From a virus, in IMG/VR virus record IMGVR_UViG_3300033757_000225, positions 42-64,041 of that record: a DNA stretch of 64,000 nt; one strand, given 5' to 3'. A model generated the notes under the pieces. That model was not told where the DNA came from. It searched no databases and worked only from the letters and a program-made list of their open reading frames with translations. A program made the translations under genes and the position numbers. Shown here one piece after another: positions 29,655 through 39,060 of the stretch. The number at the start of each line of letters is the position of its first letter. The stretch's first letter is position 1.

Positions 29655-30941
29655 CTAGCTATTGTATAGCTCGTTGATTCTTTCTATATATCCTGGCGTT
29701 GCGTCGGTAGGATTCTTAATTCCCTTCTCCGCAAATTCAGCCTTTGCTTTATCCACAGCATCAGCCCACTTGTTTTGTCGCCCCCTCAACTTTGCCATAG
29801 CTGCATCAAAGCTCAGCCCTTTATTTTTTTTATTCGATGATGGAGGCTCCCATCGTGCCCATGAACCGCGACAAAAAGGATGCTGGGGGCCTGCGGCAAC
29901 CCATGAGTCGCTCGTCTTGTGTCCCACCCGTGTTTTCCCTTCCCATATTGCAATCTTCGCATAGGGATCATCGATTTTCTCATCATTCAATGGCACATCG
30001 GACCACAGCGCGACAATTCCGTTTATCCTGCGACAGTGCGGGCAGGTTACTTTGTCTCTTACTTCAATTCGCTGAAAATAGACTTTTCCCCCTTGTTCGG
30101 CCTGGCTACGTTCACCGAGTAGGAAAGCGCTGTCCAGATTATCCGCTGTTTCGTATTCAACTATGCGCGTCCAGTCTCGATTTAGGCTTCCTAGCGAATC
30201 GAAAAGGCTTTGTGCGACTTCCGATTTTGTTTTTTTATCTTTTACACCATTTATAAGCGCCTGCCGGATCGTTGAGCGTGCTCTGTCATCGATTGCGCGT
30301 ACATACTGCGCAGCGCTCTCTTGTGCAATCTGTATGCGACCAAGCTCATAATCACTCAGATCGAAGATCTTCTTCAAGTTCTTGATATCATCAGTCACCC
30401 AGTCAAAACTTCGATTCTTATACTTGACATCTTTTAGTCCGAGCTTGCTCACTGCTTCCCATGTATTGTACTTCAGCATACGATTCAGTATTCGGCCAGC
30501 GGCCACGGCGTCAAGAACAATCTTCTCGCCTGCTTTGCTCAACTTGCTGTTAAGATATCGTTCAATCGCAGAGAGGAACGCCTCCCATTGCCGTTTTGTG
30601 ATAGGCAACCCAGTTTCTGGAGAATACAGAATCTTGCCCTTCCATATCAGCCAATCATCCTCAAGCGCTTTCGAAAAGGTAGTTACCATTGGTAAATCGA
30701 GAACGGCACATATTTTTTTGTAAAGTGTGTCCATAATATCCGCAAAGTATTTCGTCCACTTTTCAACTAGCTCATCATGGAGCTTATATGGCGAACGCTC
30801 GGCCTTTTCGTCGTCGTCCTTGCGCTTGACCGTAATAGGAATATCGAGCGCCTTTGCAAGTGCCCGTGTTGCAGCGAGATATTTTTGTCGTTTATTCCCT
30901 TCGCTTATATCGCGAACGGAAAGCTGGATGTTTCTCATCAA
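29655..30941 (-). CDS. MuF/gp7-like head morphogenesis protein
   Basis: After the portal; RDWTRIVEYE, CPHC and HPFCRG motifs of the MuF family. Confidence 0.8.
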   Translation of the reverse strand: MMRNIQLSVRDISEGNKRQKYLAATRALAKALDIPITVKRKDDDEKAERSPYKLHDELVEKWTKYFADIMDTLYKKICAVLDLPMVTTFSKALEDDWLIWKGKILYSPETGLPITKRQWEAFLSAIERYLNSKLSKAGEKIVLDAVAAGRILNRMLKYNTWEAVSKLGLKDVKYKNRSFDWVTDDIKNLKKIFDLSDYELGRIQIAQESAAQYVRAIDDRARSTIRQALINGVKDKKTKSEVAQSLFDSLGSLNRDWTRIVEYETADNLDSAFLLGERSQAEQGGKVYFQRIEVRDKVTCPHCRRINGIVALWSDVPLNDEKIDDPYAKIAIWEGKTRVGHKTSDSWVAAGPQHPFCRGSWARWEPPSSNKKNKGLSFDAAMAKLRGRQNKWADAVDKAKAEFAEKGIKNPTDATPGYIERINELYNS

Positions 30942-30945
30942 ACAC

Positions 30946-32628
30946 CTACATTACATATCTGCCCAACCTTGCCAGGTAGGATTTCCAATTCTTTCCTTCA
31001 GGGGCAGTAAGATAGTCGAGAATGATATGGTCCGGATTACCATTTGCTTTATTCTTATCCGCCCATGCAGAGGCATCCTCTTTCAACCGCTTAACTATAT
31101 CCTCATGCTCCGCAATGTTGTCTGCAAATCTATCCGGCGGCACAATATCAAAAAAATCACGCACGCTCATTTTTCTAATACCGTCACCACCAACCGAGGT
31201 GGACTCAGTAGAGCTCTCGCGAGCTGATTGGTTCTTCTTATTCATGGCCGCAACATATTCCTTTACGACCTCATCCGACCTTCCCACTTTATCATTCTCA
31301 TATGCCCATTTCGCTGCGGCAAGCCGGAACTTGTCGATATCATCATATTTTCTGCTTCCAGCGTAATTCGACATACGGGCGCTATCCATATCCAAGATAT
31401 CGCGTACTGTCTCATCAGTATTCTTTGGTGGCCCTATCGTCTTCCTTCCTTCAAAAGTCGTGTCCTCAAAGGGCAACTTCTTGCCATTAGCATCTAAGTG
31501 CCTCGCATCCGTTTTTTGCGTCCGCACACCGCCTTCTTTTCTTGTATACTTTTCAATCCGATATGGGCCAAACGAAATGCTATCTATATTCGGCGTGTTT
31601 TCCAGCTCTTCCATTGCATCGAGTATCTTTGTGGCGTCTGTTTCACTCACATCCATTCCGTGCACATCACTTGCGTCAAGTTTGTCATTTTCATCACTGT
31701 AATCATATCCAATCTTCATTGGCTTGTCGTTTATGTAAACACGAAAAGACTGCATTATAAAATCTTTTGCGTGTTTAGGTTTAGCATCTCCCGCATTCGT
31801 ATCTTTGCTATAAGCCTTTTCGTAGAATGATTTATCCGCCAAAATATCATTTTCGACCTTTTCTTGCTCTTCTTTTGCGGTTGAACTGTATTGTGGAAAA
31901 TTGATTTTAGCAAAGGCATAATGCGTATCACCGGCAATACGCAATTTATAATCCGGCTCTCCAAATCGCACAAGTTCCGCATTACCGCGCCCTACCTGCC
32001 TCAGCAAATCTTTATATTCAGCGTCGGTAATAACTTCTTTGTTTTCCGAATTGATTATCTTTTTCTGCGCCGGATCAAAAACATATTGAATTTTAGCCGA
32101 CTTCCGTTCGCCAGGAATCTGGATCATGATTTTTTTATTAGGCATTTTTTTCGGGAATTCATCCAAATATTGCAAAAAATCTCTTATATTGCTACCATAT
32201 CTTTTGCTATAATTATCAACTTCAATTTTCTGTCTCAGCTTTCTCCCGCGTTCACTCTTTGGACCACCAGGTAACGTAAACAATTCCCCATTTATTTTTG
32301 TTAATCCAGCCTCTCGCAATTCCTCATTATCAGCTTCTTGCCTGGGCTGCTTTGCGCCTGTTTCTTTTGCTGTCGTAGTATGGACAGACTCATTGCTATA
32401 AGGATCACCATCAAATAAGTCACCTTGTGCAATCGTTATTTTTTGACTGTTCGCCTCTTCTGGCAAAACCCATGCCCAGCGCTGATACGGCTTCGTTTCC
32501 CCATGAACGGTAATCAATTTGCGCACAAGTTTCGGATTGTGCCTGGCTTTGAGAAATGCAACGTCAAGCGCACCAAGTTGCACAAATAGCCGTGGTATAG
32601 CTCGGAATATTATTTTACTCATACACAT
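30946..32628 (-). CDS. Accessory protein with shared N-terminal motif
   Basis: FLKARHNPKLVRKLITVHGETKPYQRWAWVLP...QGDLF; remainder unrecognised; start may be 32622. Confidence 0.8.
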   Translation of the reverse strand: MCMSKIIFRAIPRLFVQLGALDVAFLKARHNPKLVRKLITVHGETKPYQRWAWVLPEEANSQKITIAQGDLFDGDPYSNESVHTTTAKETGAKQPRQEADNEELREAGLTKINGELFTLPGGPKSERGRKLRQKIEVDNYSKRYGSNIRDFLQYLDEFPKKMPNKKIMIQIPGERKSAKIQYVFDPAQKKIINSENKEVITDAEYKDLLRQVGRGNAELVRFGEPDYKLRIAGDTHYAFAKINFPQYSSTAKEEQEKVENDILADKSFYEKAYSKDTNAGDAKPKHAKDFIMQSFRVYINDKPMKIGYDYSDENDKLDASDVHGMDVSETDATKILDAMEELENTPNIDSISFGPYRIEKYTRKEGGVRTQKTDARHLDANGKKLPFEDTTFEGRKTIGPPKNTDETVRDILDMDSARMSNYAGSRKYDDIDKFRLAAAKWAYENDKVGRSDEVVKEYVAAMNKKNQSARESSTESTSVGGDGIRKMSVRDFFDIVPPDRFADNIAEHEDIVKRLKEDASAWADKNKANGNPDHIILDYLTAPEGKNWKSYLARLGRYVM

Positions 32629-32631
32629 CTC

Positions 32632-34272
32632 CTACACGATGATCTGGATCGTGTCATCATCATCTATTGCTTTCCCTACCCTCTCTTTAGGCTGGGCTTT
32701 CTCTTGACCAATGGAATCAAAGACGCTGTGCGCATGAACTTCCGCTTCTTGACCCTTTTCACCTTCTCCATTTCCACTATCGCTTTCTTCGCTTTCATCT
32801 CCCATCATGAGCTTCTTGTACGCATCCCACCCGCTCGAATCTTCTCCGGATTCTTCCGGCACCTCCTGCTGCCCACTGTCTGGTTGTCCCCCACCCCCGC
32901 CCATTGCGGCTTGCTGATAAAGCTGCACGATGTAGGGATTGAGCGGTATGGAGCTCCAAGGCTGATTGAATGGCTTATCACCGTCTTCTTTTCGAAGCTC
33001 GTCAAGCGTTTTAGTAGTGCGTAATTGCCTCTCACGCATATCATATTTTTGAATAGGATCGTCGCGCTCGTATCCGACAAATTCAAAATCGTATTTCGGA
33101 TCAACCATGTCAAGGATTTTTTGCAAATGACTCTCAATGAACCCCAGCATTGAACCAAGACCACGAGACTTCGATGCTTCAAGCCGCGGCTGCACGTTCT
33201 GCCCTAGGAGCGTTGTACTTTTACTTGTCCGAATACCCAGCTCTTCAAGATCGACGCCAAATAATGCCGCAATACTAGACCACAAGAATTCAGTCCATTG
33301 TGAGAATTCCATGTCCTTGTTGGAGCCCTGGAGTGATACCCATTCGAATTTCCGGTTCCCCTCTGAAGCATTCCCCTCAATTCCTCTGCCTGCCGGAATA
33401 ATGGGCACATGCCATTTACTGAGCGGGCCGCCCGACATGATATTGACCAGGTAGTCCTCAATCATCTCCACTTCTTCCATGTCGGCATCTCCCTGTAACA
33501 GAAGCATACCACGCGGAAGTCGATCCTCAGTAAAAAAGCCCATATTGTACATAAATGAATTGATAAGCCCAGTTACCAAATCCACGGCCTGTTCAACCAT
33601 TGAATAGCCGTATCCAGCATGCTCAACATCAGTGCGGGGATTCATGTAGTCAAAAATTAAATCATTGCGCGTATAGTAAGCGACCGGCGATAGGTCAATC
33701 TCTTGAATGTATCGTATTGCATCCTCTGAATTGTTTTCTTCGTCCAACACCTTGATTATTGTCGCGGCATCAATCGCCCAAAACGCAATAGGTTTCTTTG
33801 CTCTATTGCGCTGTATCTCTGTAGCAACTTGATCGAGCGTCAATACGTCGCGTGTTATTTTTGCACTATAGTTCCGCAAATCATCTTCTCGCTCAACATC
33901 AGGCACAAATCCAGTCTGCACAAAAAACTGCATGAGCTCAGTCGCTCGTTTATTCGCTTTACTATTGCCTTCTGCTTGATCTTTGGGCCGAATAGTAAAT
34001 CCACGCACATTTTTATCAGTGGACGGCTTCATGTATGGCGTAATATTTCGGATATAGTGCGCGACAATCGCATTGATAATCCATGCGCGTTCCGCCACCC
34101 TACGCAGTAGGCGATAGGATATTCCACGGTTCGGTTCAATGACATTCTTGTTGCCCCGAAACATAAGCCGGTTAAAAGGATTGATCAATGTGCTTTTAAT
34201 TGGCTTCCCGCCTGCCCCGCCTGTAATTATATTATTTTGCTTTAGAATATGCATAACATCAGCATTTTTCAA
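32632..34272 (-). CDS. Portal protein
   Basis: DQVATEIQRN, GYGYS..EQA, YNMGFF...LPRGML motifs of SPO1-like portals; follows the terminase. Confidence 0.92.
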   Translation of the reverse strand: MKNADVMHILKQNNIITGGAGGKPIKSTLINPFNRLMFRGNKNVIEPNRGISYRLLRRVAERAWIINAIVAHYIRNITPYMKPSTDKNVRGFTIRPKDQAEGNSKANKRATELMQFFVQTGFVPDVEREDDLRNYSAKITRDVLTLDQVATEIQRNRAKKPIAFWAIDAATIIKVLDEENNSEDAIRYIQEIDLSPVAYYTRNDLIFDYMNPRTDVEHAGYGYSMVEQAVDLVTGLINSFMYNMGFFTEDRLPRGMLLLQGDADMEEVEMIEDYLVNIMSGGPLSKWHVPIIPAGRGIEGNASEGNRKFEWVSLQGSNKDMEFSQWTEFLWSSIAALFGVDLEELGIRTSKSTTLLGQNVQPRLEASKSRGLGSMLGFIESHLQKILDMVDPKYDFEFVGYERDDPIQKYDMRERQLRTTKTLDELRKEDGDKPFNQPWSSIPLNPYIVQLYQQAAMGGGGGQPDSGQQEVPEESGEDSSGWDAYKKLMMGDESEESDSGNGEGEKGQEAEVHAHSVFDSIGQEKAQPKERVGKAIDDDDTIQIIV

Positions 34273-35870
34273 AGGACCCTCCTGGTAGCGGCGATAATCG
34301 TTGCTACATCTTTCGGGATTTTAGGTATTATATCATGTTTGCCTTTCCGTTGGGAATATTGCTGATAGAACCCGCCGCTTGCGACACCGTTACCAATCGC
34401 ATGATTCGCGAGCGCGAGCGACCAGTATTTATCGGCATGGTGGTGCTCGTTCGCATCGCAATCAAATCGGGCATATTTTGCGGTTGTCGAAGTTTTCTTG
34501 ATTGAGTGTATTTGCTGCTGCAATTCACGATCTGGTGGAAGTGCAATCCGTTGTTTGTCAAATATGAGCCATAATGCCTCGGACATTTCGGCTTTAATCT
34601 GGTTGTTGAATTGGACGCTCTCTGCTTTTCGCGGGAATCTTTTCACAAGCGTTTCTCCAAGCTGCATCCCCAGCCCCGTACCATCAATACAGAGTCTGTA
34701 AATTGGCAAAGAGCTCATCAAACGCATTAAATTTCTTTCTTGCTCTTCAAACCCCGTCTTTTTGTAGGAAATCGACGCCCATACAGTGCGCAGGCCTGTA
34801 TCCGGATTATATCCTAAAACAGTAAGCTCGCTTGCATCATTCGTGCGGCCAACATCATAGCCAGCGTATAGGTATTTATGGATATCGGGCCGATAACCCA
34901 AGATCAGATCGTCGATAGAGTGGAATGGTACAATCTCTCGCGTATCTTCGGGATTTTCTTCGTCACCCCCAAGCGGCGTGCACCGCTGAATCATCTCCAA
35001 CGTAATAAAGGCAGCCAATTCATCACGGAAAGAACACTCATATTCCTGCTGGAACTCTTCGAGCGACATATTGTTGAAGATCGTCTTTATAATTTCAGTA
35101 CCATATTTTTCAACGAGCTGCTCTGTTGTAAATTCACGGGCACGCTCTTGAGCCTCTTCTACATCCACACATAGTGCTGGAGAGTAATACCAGGGAATAT
35201 TATTACGCACAAATTCCGGATATTGCGCGGTATTCGCGAGAATGTCATAGAATTTGCCCTTATTACCAAACGGCGTCGATCCTATTTCAAGATTTCCACC
35301 ACGAGAAATAATCGGTAGCGCGGCAGTATAAATCTGCGTATCGTTTGCATGGAACGCAAATTCGTCCAAGCTAATATCGCCACCCTTGCCTCTCGGCGCC
35401 TTACATGGCCAGGATATTAACCTTGAAGTTGTTTTTCCCCCTACATCCTCCCATTCCAGCACAGTCTTTGAATCCGACACTAATTTTTTAGGACGAAGCG
35501 TTTCCGGAATGGATAAAAAAAAGGTTCTGGCAATCGAAATCTTCTCTTTCGCATCTTCTAGGCTATATGATACAAACTGCTTGGTATAATTGCTCTTTGC
35601 CGGATCAATGGCATTCAAGAGCCCCTTGAGTGCCGTAGAAAACGACCACCCCACCCGCCTGCTTTTATTCACCACAAGAAAGCGATAGTTATTTATGATA
35701 TAGGCTTTTTGCCACCAATCGAGAAGTAACGCGCCATCCGACTTGTCGTATTCCATAAACGTTGACGCAACGACCAGCTTGTCTCTCCCATTCCAGTTTC
35801 CCCGTTTTAGCACCGTGACAGGATAACCGGTGTCAGGCGTGAGGCTTGTTGCTATCTTCTTCCTCGCCAT
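34269..35870 (-). CDS. Terminase large subunit
   Basis: VNKSRRVGWS Walker A, DEFAFH Walker B, GYDVGRTND and HADKYWSLALA nuclease motifs. Confidence 0.93.
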   Translation of the reverse strand: MARKKIATSLTPDTGYPVTVLKRGNWNGRDKLVVASTFMEYDKSDGALLLDWWQKAYIINNYRFLVVNKSRRVGWSFSTALKGLLNAIDPAKSNYTKQFVSYSLEDAKEKISIARTFFLSIPETLRPKKLVSDSKTVLEWEDVGGKTTSRLISWPCKAPRGKGGDISLDEFAFHANDTQIYTAALPIISRGGNLEIGSTPFGNKGKFYDILANTAQYPEFVRNNIPWYYSPALCVDVEEAQERAREFTTEQLVEKYGTEIIKTIFNNMSLEEFQQEYECSFRDELAAFITLEMIQRCTPLGGDEENPEDTREIVPFHSIDDLILGYRPDIHKYLYAGYDVGRTNDASELTVLGYNPDTGLRTVWASISYKKTGFEEQERNLMRLMSSLPIYRLCIDGTGLGMQLGETLVKRFPRKAESVQFNNQIKAEMSEALWLIFDKQRIALPPDRELQQQIHSIKKTSTTAKYARFDCDANEHHHADKYWSLALANHAIGNGVASGGFYQQYSQRKGKHDIIPKIPKDVATIIAATRRVL

Positions 35871-36411
35871 TTTCCTGATCCTCCACTATCCGCCACCCGC
35901 TATTGGCAATAAGTCGTTCGTCACTATCGCTTCGCTTCTTTGCAAGTATTGTCCGCCGCTCTATCATGGCAACGATTTCATCAAAGCTGTTAGTATTCTG
36001 GAGCCCTTTTTTCAATTCATACTCTTGCATTTTCAGACGGAGCTGTTCCAGGTTCGCCAAATCTTCCGCCGCATTTCGTAGCGCCTCGTTGATCACCCTG
36101 CCATCGCCATTATAGTTGCCATTCTTGTCTACCTTCGCACGCTCCATCTCTATATTCTTCCAATACTCTTCTAGCCGCTTTTCCGGCATTGCAAGCGGCT
36201 GTGTCGCGTAAGCGCTTTCGAGTAATTTATCAATGGAGGCCTTTATTTTATCACGGTATTTGAGTCGGTAAGATCGCACCGCTTCATAGGATAAACTTAA
36301 ATTAAATTCTTTTTGTACTTGGTCCATGATCTCAGAAGATGTAAAGCCTTCAATCGATTTTTCGATAATAAAGCGCTTTACATTGGCATTTATCCATGGC
36401 TTTGTACTCAT
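35833..36411 (-). CDS. Probable terminase small subunit
   Basis: N-terminal HTH-like region plus coiled coil, immediately upstream of the large terminase. Confidence 0.65.
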   Translation of the reverse strand: MSTKPWINANVKRFIIEKSIEGFTSSEIMDQVQKEFNLSLSYEAVRSYRLKYRDKIKASIDKLLESAYATQPLAMPEKRLEEYWKNIEMERAKVDKNGNYNGDGRVINEALRNAAEDLANLEQLRLKMQEYELKKGLQNTNSFDEIVAMIERRTILAKKRSDSDERLIANSGWRIVEDQENGEEEDSNKPHA

Positions 36412-36623
36412 AATACTTTCCTTGCAAGTATCGCCTGTGACAAATCAGGCCATATTTGTTTGCATGCACATAAACGGCCTATAAGCCTTCTTTTTGGCCT
36501 CTGCCGATAATAACTTTGACCAAGCCTTATAAAACGCTTTCTAGGCCATCTATGCGCAATCTGAGGCAAATCTCGCGCGCGCGTAGAGCTGCACATATAT
36601 GCATAAAGCTTTCTATTTATCAT
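36408..36623 (-). CDS. Small basic hypothetical protein
   Basis: MINRKLYAY..., RBS GAGGTG, ATGA overlap with the next gene. Confidence 0.45.
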   Translation of the reverse strand: MINRKLYAYMCSSTRARDLPQIAHRWPRKRFIRLGQSYYRQRPKRRLIGRLCACKQIWPDLSQAILARKVL

Positions 36624-36864
36624 TTCCCACCTCTTGCGTCGTAGAGGATTGCTTTTCAACAACTCTTTTTATTACAATGATTTTTTTAATTCCTTCGCTT
36701 TCATCATTCCGGTAGGCGTCCATTACCTGTTTGTCGTAAAATTCTAGCTGATTTTTAACTAAAGTGATATTTCCCTTGACAAAATGGATCATTATTGACC
36801 CATAAACGCCGTTCTCGCACAAGTCATCAAGCATTTTATGATATTGAATTGGCGCCTTTGGCAT
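36613..36864 (-). CDS. Hypothetical protein
   Basis: 83 aa, RBS AGGAG. Confidence 0.6.
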   Translation of the reverse strand: MPKAPIQYHKMLDDLCENGVYGSIMIHFVKGNITLVKNQLEFYDKQVMDAYRNDESEGIKKIIVIKRVVEKQSSTTQEVGNDK

Positions 36865-36875
36865 GTATCACACTC

Positions 36876-37061
36876 CTAGCATATATGCTTCCTATAGCCG
36901 GATATTTTCGTTCCACGTGACGTATAGATTGTGGTGAGCTCGGTCTCCACCATGATTGGACCGTCTACCGATGTAATCCAAATGATACGCTTTTTACATT
37001 TCGGACATACTGCATCCATACCTCCGTTCGGAGACTCTACCCGATCCTTGTCCTCATCCAT
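36876..37061 (-). CDS. Small Zn-ribbon-like protein
   Basis: CPKCKKRIIW...HIC. Confidence 0.6.
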   Translation of the reverse strand: MDEDKDRVESPNGGMDAVCPKCKKRIIWITSVDGPIMVETELTTIYTSRGTKISGYRKHIC

Positions 37062-37362
37062 TTATGACCTCCTGATTCGCAGGAACGCGCATAAACGTAT
37101 AGCCTTCATGGCTGCTGATAAACTCCAATACCTTCTTCACTCGCTTGAACTGCTTGGTGGTATAACGACTCTCCGCGTCCGGCTTTTCCCCTATAGCGCG
37201 AAGTAACTCATCGAGTCGAAACTCCACTTTATTGCTTTGTGTTTGCCTCATGGCGATCAGCAAAACTAAGAGAACATTGAGACCAAATAGACCAAATTTT
37301 TCTTTTACATCTTTCACTATATCATGTTCATTGATATTGACACTCGCCTCTAATTCTTTCAT
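37054..37362 (-). CDS. Winged-helix-like hypothetical protein
   Basis: 102 aa, RBS GGAGG, basic helical pattern. Confidence 0.55.
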   Translation of the reverse strand: MKELEASVNINEHDIVKDVKEKFGLFGLNVLLVLLIAMRQTQSNKVEFRLDELLRAIGEKPDAESRYTTKQFKRVKKVLEFISSHEGYTFMRVPANQEVING

Positions 37363-37550
37363 TTCACCTCCCTGTGCAGATATTCTGCCATCTGATACTC
37401 AGCTGCCATGCGCCGCTGATTTGCAGCGTGCAGCCTATCGTCTAAGCACCATGGGCAGCCGCCATGCGGTCGACAGGTACGGTCAAAACGCCCTGACTGA
37501 TAGTATGGTTTTCGCCTCTCCTTGCCATGCATTATTGCTTTGTCCAGCAT
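37359..37550 (-). CDS. Conserved small phage protein (Cys/His-rich)
   Basis: KAIMHGKERRKPY....FDRTCRPHGGCPWC motif recurrent in phage hypotheticals; start at 37550 with GAGG. Confidence 0.65.
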   Translation of the reverse strand: MLDKAIMHGKERRKPYYQSGRFDRTCRPHGGCPWCLDDRLHAANQRRMAAEYQMAEYLHREVK

Positions 37551-37569
37551 ATCAGCCTCTAATAATAAT

Positions 37570-37735
37570 GGCCGTCTTTCCGGCCTGCCAGCACTTGGTT
37601 CGTCGCCAGGCATCCGTGCCAGACGGCTTGCGTTACTGTTGACGGACAGCAAGCGAATCCCCCACCGTTTTCGTCAAAACGAAGGCCGTGGTCGCCTGGG
37701 GAATCCTACACCGTGCAGAGGCACGGATCGGATTC
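37570..37735 (-). ncRNA. Candidate structured RNA A
   Basis: Five nested or adjacent stems (GAATCC/GGATTC, CCGTGC/GCACGG, CCAGGC/GCCTGG, CGTTTT/AAAACG, GCTTGC/GCAAGC) in intergenic DNA. Confidence 0.45.
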
Positions 37736-37769
37736 TTTATACCGCTTGCATCTATTTTACAACTATCTT

Positions 37770-38117
37770 TCACGTTTGTCCAATAATTATTCTCAAAAAT
37801 TCTTTAATATCACTTAATTGCTTTTCCCAGTCGTCCGGCCTCACCACTAAATAGACTCCACCAGCATCGCGAACCATCTGCCCAAAATTCTTTTGATCCT
37901 CAGACAGCTTTCCTTTTTCACTTTTGCACTCTATTGCAAGGAACCTTCCGCCAGGCAGGATACCGATAATATCCGCAATTCCATTTATTGAATTATTTTT
38001 TCGATAGCGCTGTTGTACAGGATCATATATGCCGACGGTATTGCTCCGCCATGCGACTATGTGAAAGCTCTTGAGCCATGTCAGGACTGCTTGAACAACA
38101 ACACCTTCGGGCGTCAT
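37770..38117 (-). CDS. VRR-NUC domain nuclease
   Basis: GIADIIGILPGGRFLAIECKSEKGKLSEDQ PD-(D/E)xK motif. Confidence 0.88.
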   Translation of the reverse strand: MTPEGVVVQAVLTWLKSFHIVAWRSNTVGIYDPVQQRYRKNNSINGIADIIGILPGGRFLAIECKSEKGKLSEDQKNFGQMVRDAGGVYLVVRPDDWEKQLSDIKEFLRIIIGQT

Positions 38118-38146
38118 TAAACATACCCCTTAAATGTAATTATAAC

Positions 38147-38224
38147 TTAAAGACCACTTGGGGCCCTTTTCACTAATGCTACTAACTCATCCACAAATTC
38201 TTGTTCTGCTTTATTGAATGCCAT
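38147..38224 (-). CDS. 25-aa peptide
   Basis: MAFNKAEQEFVDELVALVKRAPSGL with GGAGG RBS. Confidence 0.45.
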   Translation of the reverse strand: MAFNKAEQEFVDELVALVKRAPSGL

Positions 38225-38397
38225 TTTATTTACCTCCATTATAATAATTGCTCAACCATTAACAATATTCTTTGTATGAGCTTCCGAACACGTCATCGTC
38301 ACTAAAGCCTGATATTGTCAAAATCATGACGGACATCATATCCTTCCTGCGAATAAATGTATATTCGTTCCATTTTTAACACCCCACCGGTAATATT

Positions 38398-39051
38398 TTA
38401 TTTCCACAAAAATTCAAAAAATTGAATAAACAATTCCATCCCTTTTTTATAATAATTTTCCAATGGTTCTTGAATAAAATCATATACAGGCAAATTATCA
38501 GAATTTGAAAATAAAGTAATGTAATCAGATCGTGAAATAGTTGTTTGAGTCGGCAAATGAATATATTTATTTTTTTCTTTATTATAAATATATTCAAATA
38601 TCGAATCAGGCATAAGATAATTAAAATAAGAATCTGTTAAAAAATCTTTTACATACCAATATTTTTTTCTAATATATTTTTTATAATATTCCTTATCTTT
38701 AGAAGAAAACGGAATATAAAAAATAAAATCATTTAAAATAAATAAATAATAAAAAAATGCAAAACGTATTTGACGTATAATATTATGCCATTTATTCAAT
38801 AATTGAGAATCATATTGTTCATTATAAATTAAACCAACAGGAATATTCTTTGTGTTACGAAACCACCATAATCCTTTCAAAATAAAAATGGCGGTTTCAG
38901 AATCTACATTCATTGTAGCAGTATATGTAATACGATATTTTATATACCAACTAACATTATAAACCCATTCTTTAATTTTAAAGAAAATTGCATGAATAGA
39001 TTTAGGAATATTTCTCCAAATATATTGCATTAACCAAAAAATATATTCCAT
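38398..39051 (-). CDS. AT-rich hypothetical phage protein
   Basis: 217 aa; IPVGL...W..I..QIRFAF...KGMELF..FFEFLW resembles a common phage hypothetical family. Confidence 0.7.
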   Translation of the reverse strand: MEYIFWLMQYIWRNIPKSIHAIFFKIKEWVYNVSWYIKYRITYTATMNVDSETAIFILKGLWWFRNTKNIPVGLIYNEQYDSQLLNKWHNIIRQIRFAFFYYLFILNDFIFYIPFSSKDKEYYKKYIRKKYWYVKDFLTDSYFNYLMPDSIFEYIYNKEKNKYIHLPTQTTISRSDYITLFSNSDNLPVYDFIQEPLENYYKKGMELFIQFFEFLWK

Positions 39052-39060
39052 AATTTTCCC

